Part shown: positions 14,262 through 28,273 of the stretch, piece by piece
Layout of the letters: each line of letters opens with the position of its first letter
Numbering within the stretch: the stretch's first letter is position 1
NCBI RefSeq assembly: GCF_009914755.1
Contig: NC_060932.1
From: the human T2T-CHM13v2.0 reference genome, Homo sapiens
Reading direction: 5' to 3' (one strand)
DNA length: 64,000 bases
Program-made: the position numbers and the translations under genes
Notes under the pieces: model-generated
Told to the model about the DNA's origin: nothing
Seen by the model: the letters and a program-made list of their open reading frames with translations, nothing else
Databases searched by the model: none

Positions 14262-15300
14262 TCATTTTCTATTTAATTTTCTCCAACTTTTATTTTAGGT
14301 TCAGGGGTACATGTACATGTCTCTTACATGGGTAAATAGCCTGTTGCAGACATTCTGTACACAGATTATTTCGTCACCAAGGTAACAAGGCTCGCACCCA
14401 ATAGTTTTTTTATCTTCATCTTCCACCCATCATCCACCTTCAGTTAGGCCCCAGTGTCTATTGTTTCTATCTTTGTGTTCATGTGTACTCAACGTTTAGC
14501 TCCCACTTGTAAGCAAGAACATGCAGTACTTGGTTTTCTGTTCCTGCATTAATTCACTTAGGATAAGGGCCTCCAGCTCCATACTTGTTGCTGCAAAGGA
14601 TAGGATTTTGTTTTTTTTATGGATGCACTGTATTCCATGGTATGTATGTACCACATTTTATCTAGTCCACTGTTGATGGGCATCTATGTTAATTTCATGT
14701 CTTCGCTATTGTGAATAGTGCTGCAATGAACATTCATATGCATGTGCATTTATGGTAGAATGATTTTTATTTCTTTGGGTATATACTCAGTAATGAGATT
14801 ACTGGGTTAAATAGTGTTTTGAAGTTCTTTCAGAAATCTCCAAACTGCTTTCCACTGTGGTTAACTAATTTACATTTTTACCAGCAATTAATGTGTTTCC
14901 TTTTCTCTACAACCTCGCTGTCTGTTTTTTTTTTTGTTTTTGTTTTGACTTTTTTTAGACAGGCTCTCACTCTGCCACCCAGACTAGAGTACAGTGGCGT
15001 GATCTCTGCTCACTGCAACCTTCACCGCCTGGGCTCAAGCAATCCCCTGCTCCAGCCTCCTGAATAGCTGGAACTACACGTGTACACCACCACACCCAGC
15101 TAATTTTAAATATTTATTTTTATTTATTTTTTTCTTTTGTAGAGATGGGGTTTCACCATGTTGCCCAGGCTGCTCTTAAACTTTAGGGCTCAAGCAATCC
15201 ACCTGCCTAGGCCTCCCAAAGTACTAAGATTACAGGCATGAGCCACCATATCAGGCCTGCTTTTTACTTTTTAATAGCCATTCTCACTGGTATGAGGTTG
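14262..15300 (-). mobile_element. L1PB/old L1PA 3' end, interrupted by an Alu
   Basis: AACTTTTATTTTAGGTTCAGGGGTACATGT...GTGAATAGTGCTGCAATGAACAT...ATAGCCATTCTCACTGGTATGAG. Confidence 0.9.
14925..15257 (-). mobile_element. AluJ
   Basis: Reverse-complement dimer inside the L1. Confidence 0.95.
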
Positions 15301-15419
15301 ATTAATAATAACTTTCCTTAAGGTAAATATTTGGTGACCAAGATCAAGGAGGGGGAGTTGATATAACTTTATGTGACAGTATATACAAATTCAAATATTC
15401 ATGGACCATGACCATGGAT

Positions 15420-16900
15420 GCATATCTAGAAATAGATGCATCCCCACCTGTCTTTACCTCCATCCCTTCTAATTCACTAGATGAACTGTCTGTCTTCCCA
15501 TCTACCTCCTACCTCTTCCATAAGGTCACTCCTTCAATTCATCCTCTCTGGTATTGTCAGCCTTCCTTCTGTCTATTGCCTCTTTCCATCAGCATACAGA
15601 CACCACAAAACATAATGAGCCCCATCTCTTTGACCATCTCCTTCTCTATCCACTGCTCCTCTACTTACAGTAGACTTTGGGAAACAGCAATCTGTGCTTT
15701 CCCCACCTCCTGCTGTTCCACTTAAAATCCCTGTGTTAATTGAATTTTGACCCCACCACTCTTCAGTAATCGTCTTTGCCAAAATCAATAGATATTTCTC
15801 TGCTATTAACATACTTGACTTCTCCGCAGCAACGGAAACTACTGACTTTCCTCCAAACTCCCTCTCATCCTCGGTTTACCAGATGACCCCAGCTTCTATT
15901 GACTAGGATCTCTGTGGCCTTCCAGCTTTCCTTACACGCTCTTTCCCTCTACCCTCAAATTTTCCAGTAACCAAGTATCTGCTTTGCCCTCCTCTCTTTA
16001 TATATAACTACTTATAAGTTTGGGAGGCATAAGCATACACTTGTAATGAAAACCATCAAAGTGAATTATGAACTGATGAAAACTGAACCCACTGCCACAG
16101 TTCGAACCAACTCCCCCCTCCTAGAATCACTGTCCCTCTTGATGGAACCAGTATCCACTCAGTTAACCCAACCAGGAGACTTCTGTCCCCTCGATTTTGC
16201 TTCCCTTCAACCCACATTCCCAATGGATGGTCACCTCCTGTCCTTGTAGCTTTCTCAGTTCTCCTATCCTTCTAAGGGAGGCTGAGCACACAGCGCTGTT
16301 GACATCGCTGAGTATCCCTACAGGCAGCAATCCTCCCCTCTCTGGATTTCAGAGGCCCCACCCTCCTGTCTCCTTGGACACTGGTCCCATTGTCCCCCTC
16401 AGACTCCTTTCTCATGGCCTGTTGTGTGCCTCAGGGGCCTACCCTGCACCCTCATCCAATCCCATAGCTGTAAGTCTCATCTATATGTGTTGAGAACCAA
16501 ATCACAATCTTCAGCTGCGGCCAGGTGCAGTGGCTCATGCCTGTAATCCCAGCACTTTGGGAGGCCAAGAGGTATGGATCACTTGACCCCAGGAGTTAGA
16601 GACCAGTCTGGGCAACATGGTGAGATCCCATTTCTACAAAAAGTTAAAAAAATTTGTGGGTGTGGTGACACACATCTGTAGTCCCAGCTACTTGTGAGGC
16701 TGAGGCGGAGGGATTGCTTAAGCCCAGGGGATCAAGGCTACAATCGGTGAACCGTGATTTTGCCACTGCACTCCAGCATGGGTGAATGAATGATACCTTG
16801 TCTTAAAAAAAAAAAAAAATCTTCAGCTGTACATTTCTGTACATTTCTCTTGAGCATCAAATCCTTCTATCCAATACCTACCCACATCTCCCCTTAGTTA
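15420..16900 (+). mobile_element. L2 fragments (degraded)
   Basis: Pyrimidine-rich L2-like motifs (CCCCACCACTC..., TTGACTTCTCCGCAGCA, ATCCAATACCTACC). Confidence 0.5.
16519..16819 (+). mobile_element. AluJ
   Basis: Full dimer; exact TSD AATCTTCAGCTG. Confidence 0.95.
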
Positions 16901-17558
16901 TCATAAAGTATAGGAGGATGACTATAGGTGTTCACTGTCTGACATGCCTCCATTCCCCTCTCCCCTTCCTTGCAAGGAAACCATGCTAGGTTCACAGAAA
17001 GCAAATCCCAGCCTCCTCCCACAGGGACCCTGAAAGTCCAAAGCTGATCCTGCAACGCCTAAGGTGTGCCCACTGCATGAAAAGCTGCCTTATTCAATCA
17101 TCACTGAAAACACACGAACTGACTGCTTTCAGAGTGCTTGAGGACCTCCACATTATGACATCGATGTGAGTCAGTAAGTCAGTAATAGTCACTGAACATA
17201 ACATTTTCCAGCTGTTTCTCCAAATTCAAAATAAACAACAGAAACTGGAAATGCTCAATCACTTTCTTACAAGGTCATGTCCAGTTAGCATGGTAACAAG
17301 CTTTGAATTTCAAATAGGAAGGGAAGGAGTTCCAACAGACTCAATGTTTAACCTTTAATATCTGCCCAAATCCTACCATTAAGTCTGAATGTGTGTGACG
17401 CACTGGAAAGAGAAAAGCTTTCGAATCAGGTGAACTTAAATCCAGATCACAGCAGCCCCAACTCCTTAATGGTTGAGTGACCAGGATAAATTATGTTTTC
17501 CTTGGTTTCCCCATGTTTAAAATGAGGATGTTGTAGGGTGTTTAAATATTTAAATTAG

Positions 17559-17853
<295 letters not shown>

Positions 17854-18376
17854 TAAGTCAGGTAATTTTTTAAAGTAAAATTTTTCCTAAGTATCGAATA
17901 AAGCAAAATATTAGTAATCAAGATTTCAAAGAAAGTATTCCCCTAGTTCTACTAAAAAAAAAAATTCTAAAATCACCTGATGGTAGACCAGAATTAAAAA
18001 GGAAGAAAGACTGACATACATTCCTTTATTTAACAAATGGGTATCAAAATACATTGAGTAATAAGCCAATAAATGTTAGGGAAGTCATTTTTGTAGAACA
18101 CCATGGCCTAATCGCTCTTTGGAAAATAGTGATTAGCAGAAGTCATTTTCCTGGAATGGTGCAAAGATTTTCCTCTGTAGAAGACATCTCTGACTCCGTG
18201 ATGATAGGATGAAAGTTCTGCCAAGCTACTCTACACTTCAGGCACTGAGACACCAACAAATCCAAGCCCTTTATGACACGGTATGCCATCACTCAAGAGA
18301 AGGCTCTTACCCACTCTGACAGTCTTTCTCAACTATACAGTCACGATGCACCTTCCTATTTGCTAGTTGGGTGTTA

Positions 18377-18732
<356 letters not shown>

Positions 18733-19799
18733 GCTAGTCTTTTTTAATTCTTTGTGAAAAATTTGTGAAAAGTGAAAAATTTTTTTCACTTATTGTACAA
18801 AAATATTCCAACTATCTCTTCGAGGTTATGGAACATAGAAATATGAATAAAACATGCAGCTCTCAGTCTGGTAATAGGAGACTTAAAAATAATAACAAAA
18901 GGTAGAAATTTGTGATCAATGTGCCACTACTATGCTAATTGAAAGGAGGGGACCATTTGGGGTTAGAATTGGGGGATTCACGGGTGTCTTCTCAGAGGAT
19001 AGAGTATTTCAGTTAAACTTTGGAGGTTGAGCAGGATTTGATAGGGCAGAATGGAAGGGGGTACATCACAAGCCTAGGTGAGGGCAACTTGTGCTTCACA
19101 CAACTCTGGGAACTCCATTCACTTCAGTCATCATGGACTCTCATGTTATGAAAAGTTTCTGACCAATAGCAACAAAGTGTCTGAAGATAGGATTGCCTTT
19201 TGCTAATCTGCACAATGTTACATCAACAAGCAGCATGGCTGTCTCTCAGAAACTGCAAGAAAATTTGATTCTCTCAAATCCTGTGAGCAAACAGAGGGAA
19301 AAAGATCTATCCTAAAAGTCTGGAATCAAAACCTAGCCCTCATATAGGACCTCTAGTCCAATTCACCATTTTTATATGGCCTGAAAAACCTCAAGCCAAA
19401 AAAAATAATTTTAAGGTGATTCCAGGATGCTAGTGCCAGAAGAAACTTAGCAGTAGCAAACAAACTTTCTATAGAGGAACCCACCTTCGATCTTGACCTC
19501 AAAGAGGCCCCACAGGTAAATATTCAGGAAACTGAATTTACACTTAAAACACACACGTGTACGCGCATGCACACACACACAGTGACCAAGAACCAGGAGA
19601 AACTACGCCCCCCCCCCACACACACACGAGATCAGCAAAGACTTCAAACATTAGAATTATCAAACATGAAATATCAAACAATCATGTCTAAAAGAAATAA
19701 AAAGTAGCAATTTATAAAGTGAGTATGAAATAAGAAACTATTAAAAATAAGCAGCTTTTAAAAATAGCTAAATAGAACTTTTAGAAATCAAACCATGTA

Positions 19800-20107
19800 G
19801 GCCAGATGCAGTGGCTCACGCCTGTTATCCCAGCACTTTGGGAGGCCAACGCGGGTGGATCACAAGGTCAGGAGTTCCAGACCAGCCTGGCCAACATGGT
19901 GAAACCCTGTTTCTATTAAAAATACAAAAATTAGCTCAGCTTGGTGGCACATGCCTGTAGTCCCAGCTATTCAGGAGGCTGAGGCAGGAGAATCACCTCC
20001 CAGGAGGCAGAGGTTGCAGTGAGCCGAAATCATGCCACTGCACTCCAGCCCAGGCAACAGAGTAAGACTCCATCTCATTAAAAAAAAAAAAAAAGGAAAA
20101 CAAATAA
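19800..20107 (+). mobile_element. AluS
   Basis: Full dimer; TSD AAACCATGTA. Confidence 0.95.
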
Positions 20108-20236
20108 AACCATGTAAAATAAGTAAAACTTAAAACAAAGAATTTTTTTATTACTAAACTAGACACAGCTGAAGAGACAATTTGTGCACTTGGAGATAGA
20201 GCTGTAGAAATCCAGAATAAACCAGAGAAAGACACA

Positions 20237-20337
20237 GATAAACTGAAAGATGATAAACTGAAAGATAAACTGAAAGATAAACTGAAAGATAAACTGAAAG
20301 ATAAACTGAAAGATAAACTGAAAGATAAACTGAAAGA
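20237..20337. repeat. 12-bp tandem repeat (GATAAACTGAAA) x8
   Basis: One unit at 20237-20248, a GAT spacer, then 7 perfect units at 20252-20335. Confidence 0.97.
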
Positions 20338-21046
20338 CGTGAGGATGTCAAACATGTCTAACAGATCCAATCGAATTTCTATGAGAAAAGGAAAGAATGG
20401 ATCAGAGGCAAGATGTGAAGAAATAATGGTTGGATATTTTCTAGAACTGACAAAAAACATCAATCTAAAGTTGCAGAAGATCCAATAACAAACTCACCAT
20501 ACCTAATATATCATAGACACCACAGAACACCAAAGACAAATACACAAATAGAATGAAAAGATGGATTATCTTTAAAGGAACAACAGCCCCATTTCTCAAG
20601 AGCCACAATGGAAGTCAAAATCCAGTATAAAATACCTTCCATGTGAAGAGAAAAAGTAAATCTCAATCTAGCATTGGTACTATGTCAGAAAACATCTTAA
20701 GAATAAGGGCAAAACAAATCTGAGGAAAGAATGTTCTAGACAGTGTTGTAAGACCCTGGGGCAAAACAAGAAGTGCTAGGAGATGAGGACAGACGTAGCA
20801 TGCGGGAGCAAATTATATGGGTTTTTATAGGCAATCTTAAGGACCTCCACTTTTCCACTGGGAAAATAAGTGGAGGGTCCAACAGAGCACCTTGGGCACC
20901 CCCGATGGGGTTTCCAGGCCATTGTTAGATGGCCTGGGGGCAGAGAAGACTCAGGCATCAGCTTGGTGGTCTAACTAGCTGATATTTTAAGGTCTCTTTC
21001 AACCTTGAAATCATTATTCAGGCAGAATAGTGATAGAATAATTAAT

Positions 21047-21386
21047 TACTCTAGACTGAATATGTGTGCCCTCTCACCCTCCGTCCAAAAAAAAAAAAAA
21101 AAAAAAAAAAAGTCCTGTTAAAGCCCTAACCCCACAATGTGATAGATTTGGAGATGGGGCCTTTGGAAAGTGATTAGGGCTAGATGAGGTCATGAGGGTG
21201 TGCCCTTATAACAGAATTAGTGCCCTTATAAAGCAAAGGCCATGTGCACACACAGCCAGGAGGTAGCTGTCTGGAAGCCCCCAAGAGGAACCAAATAAGC
21301 TAGCACCTTGATCTTGGACTTCCCAACCCCCAAATTGAGAAAATACATCTGTTATGGTATTTTGTAAGCCCAAGGTGATTAATATA
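21047..21386 (+). mobile_element. MLT1A-like MaLR solo LTR with an internal poly-A run
   Basis: AGACTGAATATGTGTGCC...CCCTAACCCCACAATGTGATAGATTTGGAGATGGGGCCTTTGG...GCACCTTGATCTTGGACTTCCC. Confidence 0.85.
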
Positions 21387-21417
21387 ATTTATTATTTCAC
21401 CAACCATACTTTAACTA

Positions 21418-21807
<390 letters not shown>

Positions 21808-22954
21808 CTATGCTTCTCCATATTTTCATTAGCTATGACATTCAGCAAGCTTCAACTACTTTAAGGGAATTGAGGCTGAAAAGTGATACATAGTGTTTAT
21901 CTTCCAACACTTATCTGGTAAATCTTTCTAAGTTAAATAGGTCTTTGGGGCATGATATTCAAAAGCCAGTACCTGGTAGCTAGTTACACCTGTTGGAGCT
22001 GTGAATAACCAGCTTCATAAATGTTTTTTTTCCCAGTCATCTAAGTAATGAAATCTCTTGTTAAATTCTCACTGAAAAGGCAGGGCTCCCCCCAACCCAC
22101 CCACCACCTTACATGTCTTTACCATGTACATTTTCTATAGGATGATATTGACATTTTAAAGTTTGATGTACCATTAGAGGGATACATGTATTTTGGCCAA
22201 GTTTAATCAGGGTATCTCACATAAGCTCAGTATACGTAGCATTTCTTTGTCCACCACATTAGATCCATATTAGAAAGCAAGACTAACTCAGCTCCATTTT
22301 GCCTGTGTCTTGCATTATTTCCCATTGGTCACTCTTGATTTCAAGCAACACTTTCTTCATCCCAACTATGTCAGATTCTTACTTGGGCTCCTTCCCTTAT
22401 CCTAGGTGCTGTCCACACTCTCTTTGCATCAACCCAAGACATGAATTCTCATTGCCAATTCAAACTCTTCTCCAAAGGCTTTTGTGACAAACTGTGTGTG
22501 TTTCCGACAGAACTGACTATTTCCCAGGCATAGAAAATTAGTCATATGAATCCCCCAGAGTTTCTGTCTCTGTACTGGAAGTGACTCTAAAAATATTTGA
22601 ATTGAATCTGCCTGGATCACATAAGTTACCACGAAAGTGCTTTTCAACAAAATCAGGTATCAGCTTAAATTCTCATCTTCTCTTTTACATATGAGTATAG
22701 AATACACATCCCATGAATCTCTGCCTACATTATTGGCTAAAGGCTGGCAGGTCATCCAGCTTTTCCTGTTGTTGCTTAAGAGCACCTGCCTGGCATGCAG
22801 CTCAGAGCACTGTCTGCCCAGACTGTGACCAAAGCACATAACCCTCCAGCAGTGCATCTCCCAGGGGAGATCGCTGCTTCCTGCTAATCCCAGATTGCCT
22901 ACTTATCCTCTTGCCTGAAGAGATGGCAGCAAATCATGGCAAAAATACTGCCTC

Positions 22955-23180
22955 ACATTTACCGAATACTTATTATATGCTAGACTCTAGCCGCTTTCTT
23001 TGTAGTAGTTCATTTACTACTCTAAGAAGTACAAGGTAGTACTATTATTGTCCCAGTCTTATAGATGGGGAAACTGACGCACGGGGAAGTTAAGTCAACT
23101 GCCCAGTCTTACAACTAGGATGTGGCGAAGCCATGACTTAATGGTCAATCTGTGGGGCTTCAGAGTTCACATTCTTGTCC
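22955..23180 (-). mobile_element. MIR
   Basis: TATAGATGGGGAAACTGACGCACGGGGAAGTTAAGTCAACTGCCC. Confidence 0.8.
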
Positions 23181-23299
23181 ACAATTCCATACCCACATCG
23201 ATACAGGGCATTCTATATTATTCCATATATCCTGCCATGGGATCAGAGAAAATTCAATAAATGTCTGCCTCACCAAAAAAGATGAGAGGATGGAGCAGA

Positions 23300-23430
23300 T
23301 GAAAGAGTGCAGTCTGGGGACCAGACAAACTTGAGTTACAGTCCAAGATCTTAACTGCACAACCTCAAGCAAATTACTTAATCCCCCTAAGCCTTAATTT
23401 CTTCATCTGTAAATTGGGGATAATTATACC
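23300..23430 (+). mobile_element. MIR
   Basis: AGCAAATTACTTAATCCCCCTAAGCCTTAATTTCTTCATCTGTAAATTGGGGATAAT. Confidence 0.75.
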
Positions 23431-23898
23431 TTCTGTCACTGCTGATGAGTGGCAGAAATAAGACTCAACCCTGTAACCTCTCTGTAACACTATGGTGCCA
23501 CAGCCTCTAGAATATTATCATCTTCAAAAATTGGGAGGAATACCAATGCTTTGCCGTAGCCAGGTGATTTGGGGGTAACTGTAGCCCCAACCAGAAACTT
23601 CTGGTCCTGGTACATCTAAAGAGTCTGGGGTTCTGAGTTAATTTGTGTGCCACCATGCAGGACCCACTAGGTAGCAAGGAAACACTCCCCTCTTACTCAC
23701 AAAAGCTCCAGTTGTTACAGGCACATTCTCAGAGCCTACCTCCCCATGATCCCTGATATTAAAGGCAATGACATGGTAGATGAAAATCACCAGTCCCTAG
23801 AACATCAGTGGCTCCTTTGTCCAAAAGGACACACTCTCTACACACAGGAAAACACAAGGTTCTTACATGGGTGTACATTCCCAAAACCTCCAGAATGA

Positions 23899-24238
<340 letters not shown>

Positions 24239-25085
24239 GAGGACCATTCAGTTCTGTCACCCAGGAGCCACAAGGCCTCTCCCAGAGCCTCATCTCTCCA
24301 GCCTTGCAATGGCCTGGAAACTGGGCAGGGACTCTGCCTAGAGCATGTGAAGATGAGTCACCTACTGCTGTCACCTGGCCCAGTTCCTGAATGGAATGCT
24401 GCAAAGTCCTAAGTTCTCCTGCACGGCACTGACGAAAGGGATTTATTAAATGAAGGTAAAAACTCTCAATGAAAAACTGTCTTCAATCTAAGGAATGCAC
24501 CAAACCCACAGTGCTTGTATGAGGGTTGGTATTCTGGCCCATAGCTGCTCCAGGACCTTTCAAATGTTCTGTAATACAGTACTATTCCCGCTATGTGGAG
24601 TTTAAGTAATACAAGTGACTTGTGGCCCGGATTGCATGGGACATAGGATAGCCATCCCAGATCTTCATTCATGATCATCTATGCCATGCTCTTTATGACA
24701 ATGGGACAAGCACATGGAATATTCTGTTCACATGGGAGGATATGGCCATTCCTTTCCATGAATCCAGAAGGTCAGGTAAGGTCTTCATTTCCAGTAGAAG
24801 CTGCTTACAGATGTGCCACTCATTTCAAATCACGGATATGCCTTGCCTTTCTATTTCTCCCACCAGTTCACCAGTGTCTGGGCCTCTATGTGAACAGTTT
24901 CTCCTCGTATATAACCTCAACTTATTTTGACCAAGACTTCTCCTTCATCCTAATAGTTCAAGATTTGGTGAAGCCTATTTCCATAGCAGTCATTCCCCTT
25001 CCTGGTGTTCACTATCCTGGGATAAGAGCTGAGGTATTTTTAACCATCCCTACCAGCAGCAACCCCTTTCCCACTATTACAGTTG

Positions 25086-25117
25086 CCCCCACCCCCCCCC
25101 ACCCCCCCCCCCCCCCC
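25086..25117. repeat. Poly-C tract C5-A-C9-A-C16
   Basis: Read directly. Confidence 0.9.
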
Positions 25118-25161
25118 GCATCTTCAGCAGCTTCAGCTCTTTATTGAAATCCAGCAACTGA

Positions 25162-25426
25162 GGCTAGGTGCGGTGGGGCTCACACTGGTAATCCCAGCAC
25201 CTTGGGAGGCCAAGGCAGGTGATCAACATGGTGAAACCCCATCTCCACTACAAATACAAAACTAGCCAGGCGTGGTAGTGTGCACCTGTAATCTCAGCTA
25301 CTCAGGAGGCTGAGGCAGGAAATCACATGAACCCAGAGGCAGAGGTTGCAGTGAGCCGAGATCACACCACTGCACTCCAGTCTGGGCGACAGAGAAAGAT
25401 TCTTGCCTCTAAAAAAGAAAGAAAAA
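25162..25426 (+). mobile_element. AluS with an internal left-arm deletion
   Basis: GGCAGGTGATC joined directly to AACATGGTGAAACCCC; exact TSD TGAAATCCAGCAAC. Confidence 0.93.
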
Positions 25427-27297
25427 TATCTGAAATCCAGCAACCAAAACAATTACAACAAGGTTTTATGTTCTTAACACTCCTACTGATGTAAGAATCA
25501 AAGTTAAACTGTTAGGCTGATGTTTGGGTGAAAAAGGTTCACATCATCTAATAATTGGATGCAACCTAAATAGTTAACTATGCTTTACTAGGAAGCAGTG
25601 TACTCCTTTCTTAGGAAGACCTCCCATTCTATTATTTCCTCTTTGCTGATAGGAAACCTTTAAATCCTGAAGTGAAACATCTGTGCCTGCTAAGTGGATG
25701 CTAGGGTGTGTGTGGTAAACAAATCTGAAAGACATATTTGTCCTGTTTCCATCTTTGGGCAACAGTGGTCCACACTGGTAATGCTCACCTTTGGCTCTGT
25801 CTTCACCATCCACTCTGAGCAGTGGAGAGACAGCACACCCATCAGCTGGGGCACTAGCACAGCTGTCCTATTCTCCCCCCATTCAGGAGGTCATGCCACA
25901 CATCCAGCTACTCTGAGCCTTCAACCACTCCCATGAAACAATGAGGCTATGTCAAAGGCAGAAACCCAAACATCTGTTTGCAGTGTCAGGCACATCTGTA
26001 ATGATGCAAGGAAAAGGAAAGGGGGAAAAAAGTGCTAGTGCTACAAATGCCTGGAAGGGGTTGCAAAGAACAATGCAGGATGCTCTCTATCAATCTATTG
26101 CGTTCCTCATTAGTCATGATCACTGCCTCCACAATGCCCCAGATCCCTTTGTGGCATTCAAGAGTCATGCCACTCTGCCTCTACCATGCCCAGTTGGAGA
26201 AACATTTCCATGGAACAGCAGTCTATTAAAAAAGATAACTACACTTGTGAAGATGGATTTTTCCATCTTCCATGACGCTAGGGTCAGGCTTGTACTTAAT
26301 TGTACCTGAGGTTTTTTTCTCCCCTTCCTACGATGGTTGAAGGATACAATACTACGAAAACCCTGTTTTCTTTGGGTGCTCTTAAGTCCTCTTCTCGCCA
26401 AAATCTAAAAATAAAACTTACTGAAAAATCACTCACTACAAGTAAATATATTCAGAGCAAATTTTAAGTTTAAAGCAGTCAATGACTAACATCCCAATTT
26501 TCCTTTCCCCCTAGCACGAGAGGTTCCTACAAGCAACTCTGTTCCAAAGAGCGTAGCATTCATGCTTCCACAGGGAAGAAACAGGCAATTCTAGAGCTGA
26601 CAGCCTGGGTACAGTGGTACCTCCTTAAGCTTCAAATTCACATCCTGTACAAAGATTTGAGGAATGATTACCAATTGGGGAGGAAGACAGACACTAGGGA
26701 AAAGTACATACAACATACTTAAAGAGACAAATGTATTACCTGGAATAACTTGAGGAAAACGCAATACTACATTTCTATTGTGCAAACAGTTTCAATTCAT
26801 CAAGAAGGAATCTCAGGCATGAGAACAGATAAGAGCCAGATAGATAATGCAGCCCTTCTCCTCCATCCCACAATTCTCTCCTCTTCATGTTTGATATGGT
26901 CCCAACATGACCTTCAGATGTGGGTTCAGATGCCAGACCCTGGCAGTTTTAAAACAGACAAATGTCACTCTTGTACAAAGAGTAGAAGTGACACCATCTT
27001 CACAGAGAAATCTTTTCCAATTACCAGCAGACAGGCCGACTCCCAGCTGGTGAAAGCGCGGGCCAGGGGTAGGCCAGGAAACCCTCCACACCCTGCCAGG
27101 TGCCCACACAATGGCTCGGCCCAGGCTCCTGGAAAGAGTTTATTTGCCATTACTTCTTGATATTGATATCCTCTCCTAAATGTTCCTTAGACTCACATTT
27201 TATGTTGAACGTGTTTTTCAAAGCTGTAAATCTAGGAATGGAATTGAGACATTACTAGTTTTACAGGATTGCAGGATGAATAAATGGCATTTTGCAA

Positions 27298-28273
27298 ACT
27301 AAAACCACAATGAGATCACCTTACAGCAGTCAGAATGGCTACTATTAAAGAGTCAAAAAATAACAGACGTTGGCGAGGAGGTGCAGAAAAGGCAACACTT
27401 CTATACTGCTGGTGGGAATGTAAATTAGTACAGCCTTCAAGGAAGACAGTATGGAGACTTCTCAAAGAACTAAAAATACAACTACCATTTGAACCAGCAA
27501 TCCCACTACTGGGTATCTACCCAAAGGAAAAATCATTACATTAAAAAGACACCTGCCCTCCTATGTTTATCCCAGCACCGTTCACAACAGCAAAGATATG
27601 GAATCTAAGTATTCACCAACGTATGCTTAAAGAAAATGCAGTGTGGATGTATGTACACACACACAAACACACAAACACACACACACACACACATACACAC
27701 ATACACACATATACACAATGGAATACTACTCAGCCACAAAAAAAGAATGAAATAATGTCTTTTGTAGCAACATAGTTGGAACTGGAGGTAATTATCTCAA
27801 GTGAAATAAATCAGACACAGGTCAAATACTGCATTTTCTCGCTTATAAGTGTGAGCTAAATAATGTATATACATGGATACAGAGTGTAAAACAATAGACA
27901 TTGGAGATTACTAATGGGAGGATGGGGGGTGAGAGACAACAAATTACGTAATGGGTACAATGTATACTATTTGGGTGATGGCTACAGTAAAAGTACAGAC
28001 TTACCACTATGTAGTACATTCATGTAACAAAAATGCACTTGTACTCTATTTATTTTTTGAGAGGGAGTTTCACTCTTGTTGCCCAGGCTGGAGTGCACTG
28101 AGATGACCTTGGCTCACTGCAACCTCTAACTCCCAAGTTCAAGCGATTCTTCTCCATCAACCTCCTGAGTAGGTGGGATTACAGGCATGTGCCACCACGC
28201 TTGGCTAATTTTTGTATTTTTAGTGCAGACGGTGTCGTACCCCTTAAATTTATACAAAATCAAAGAAAAAAAT
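27298..28273 (+). mobile_element. L1MA-type 3' end containing a (CA)n tract (about 27655-27717) and an Alu
   Basis: AAAACCACAATGAGAT...GGTGGGAATGTAAATTAGTACAGCC...CCAGCAATCCCACTACTGGGTATCTACCCAAAGG. Confidence 0.92.
28048..28234 (-). mobile_element. 5'-truncated AluS (right arm plus linker)
   Basis: Inserted in the L1 tail between TGTAC and CGTAC. Confidence 0.9.

Larger units (their letters stand above)
19250..20720 (+). mobile_element. Old L1M 5'/ORF1 fragment
   Basis: TTAGAATTATCAAAC, AATAGAACTTTTAGAAAT, CTAGACACAGCTGAAGAGACAATTTGTGCACTTGGAGATAGA, ACAATGGAAGTCAAAA ORF1-type motifs. Confidence 0.7.

Noticed and set aside
18752-18790. TTTGTGAAAA duplication and the palindrome AGTGAAAAA-tt-TTTTTCACT
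   Set aside because: Short, AT-rich and low-complexity; consistent with local slippage
19993-20463. ORFs with (FSLS)n or (LSVY)n repeats, and a CRISPR-like look of the array
   Set aside because: Stop-free frames of the 12-bp tandem repeat; no unique spacers; eukaryotic context
24240-25147. Unique stretch with a 158-aa ORF; possible processed pseudogene
   Set aside because: No recognisable protein on either strand; the poly-Pro end comes from the poly-C run; no poly-A or TSD
27335-27775. ORFs resembling the L1 ORF2 C-terminus
   Set aside because: Broken remnant of an inactive L1MA copy
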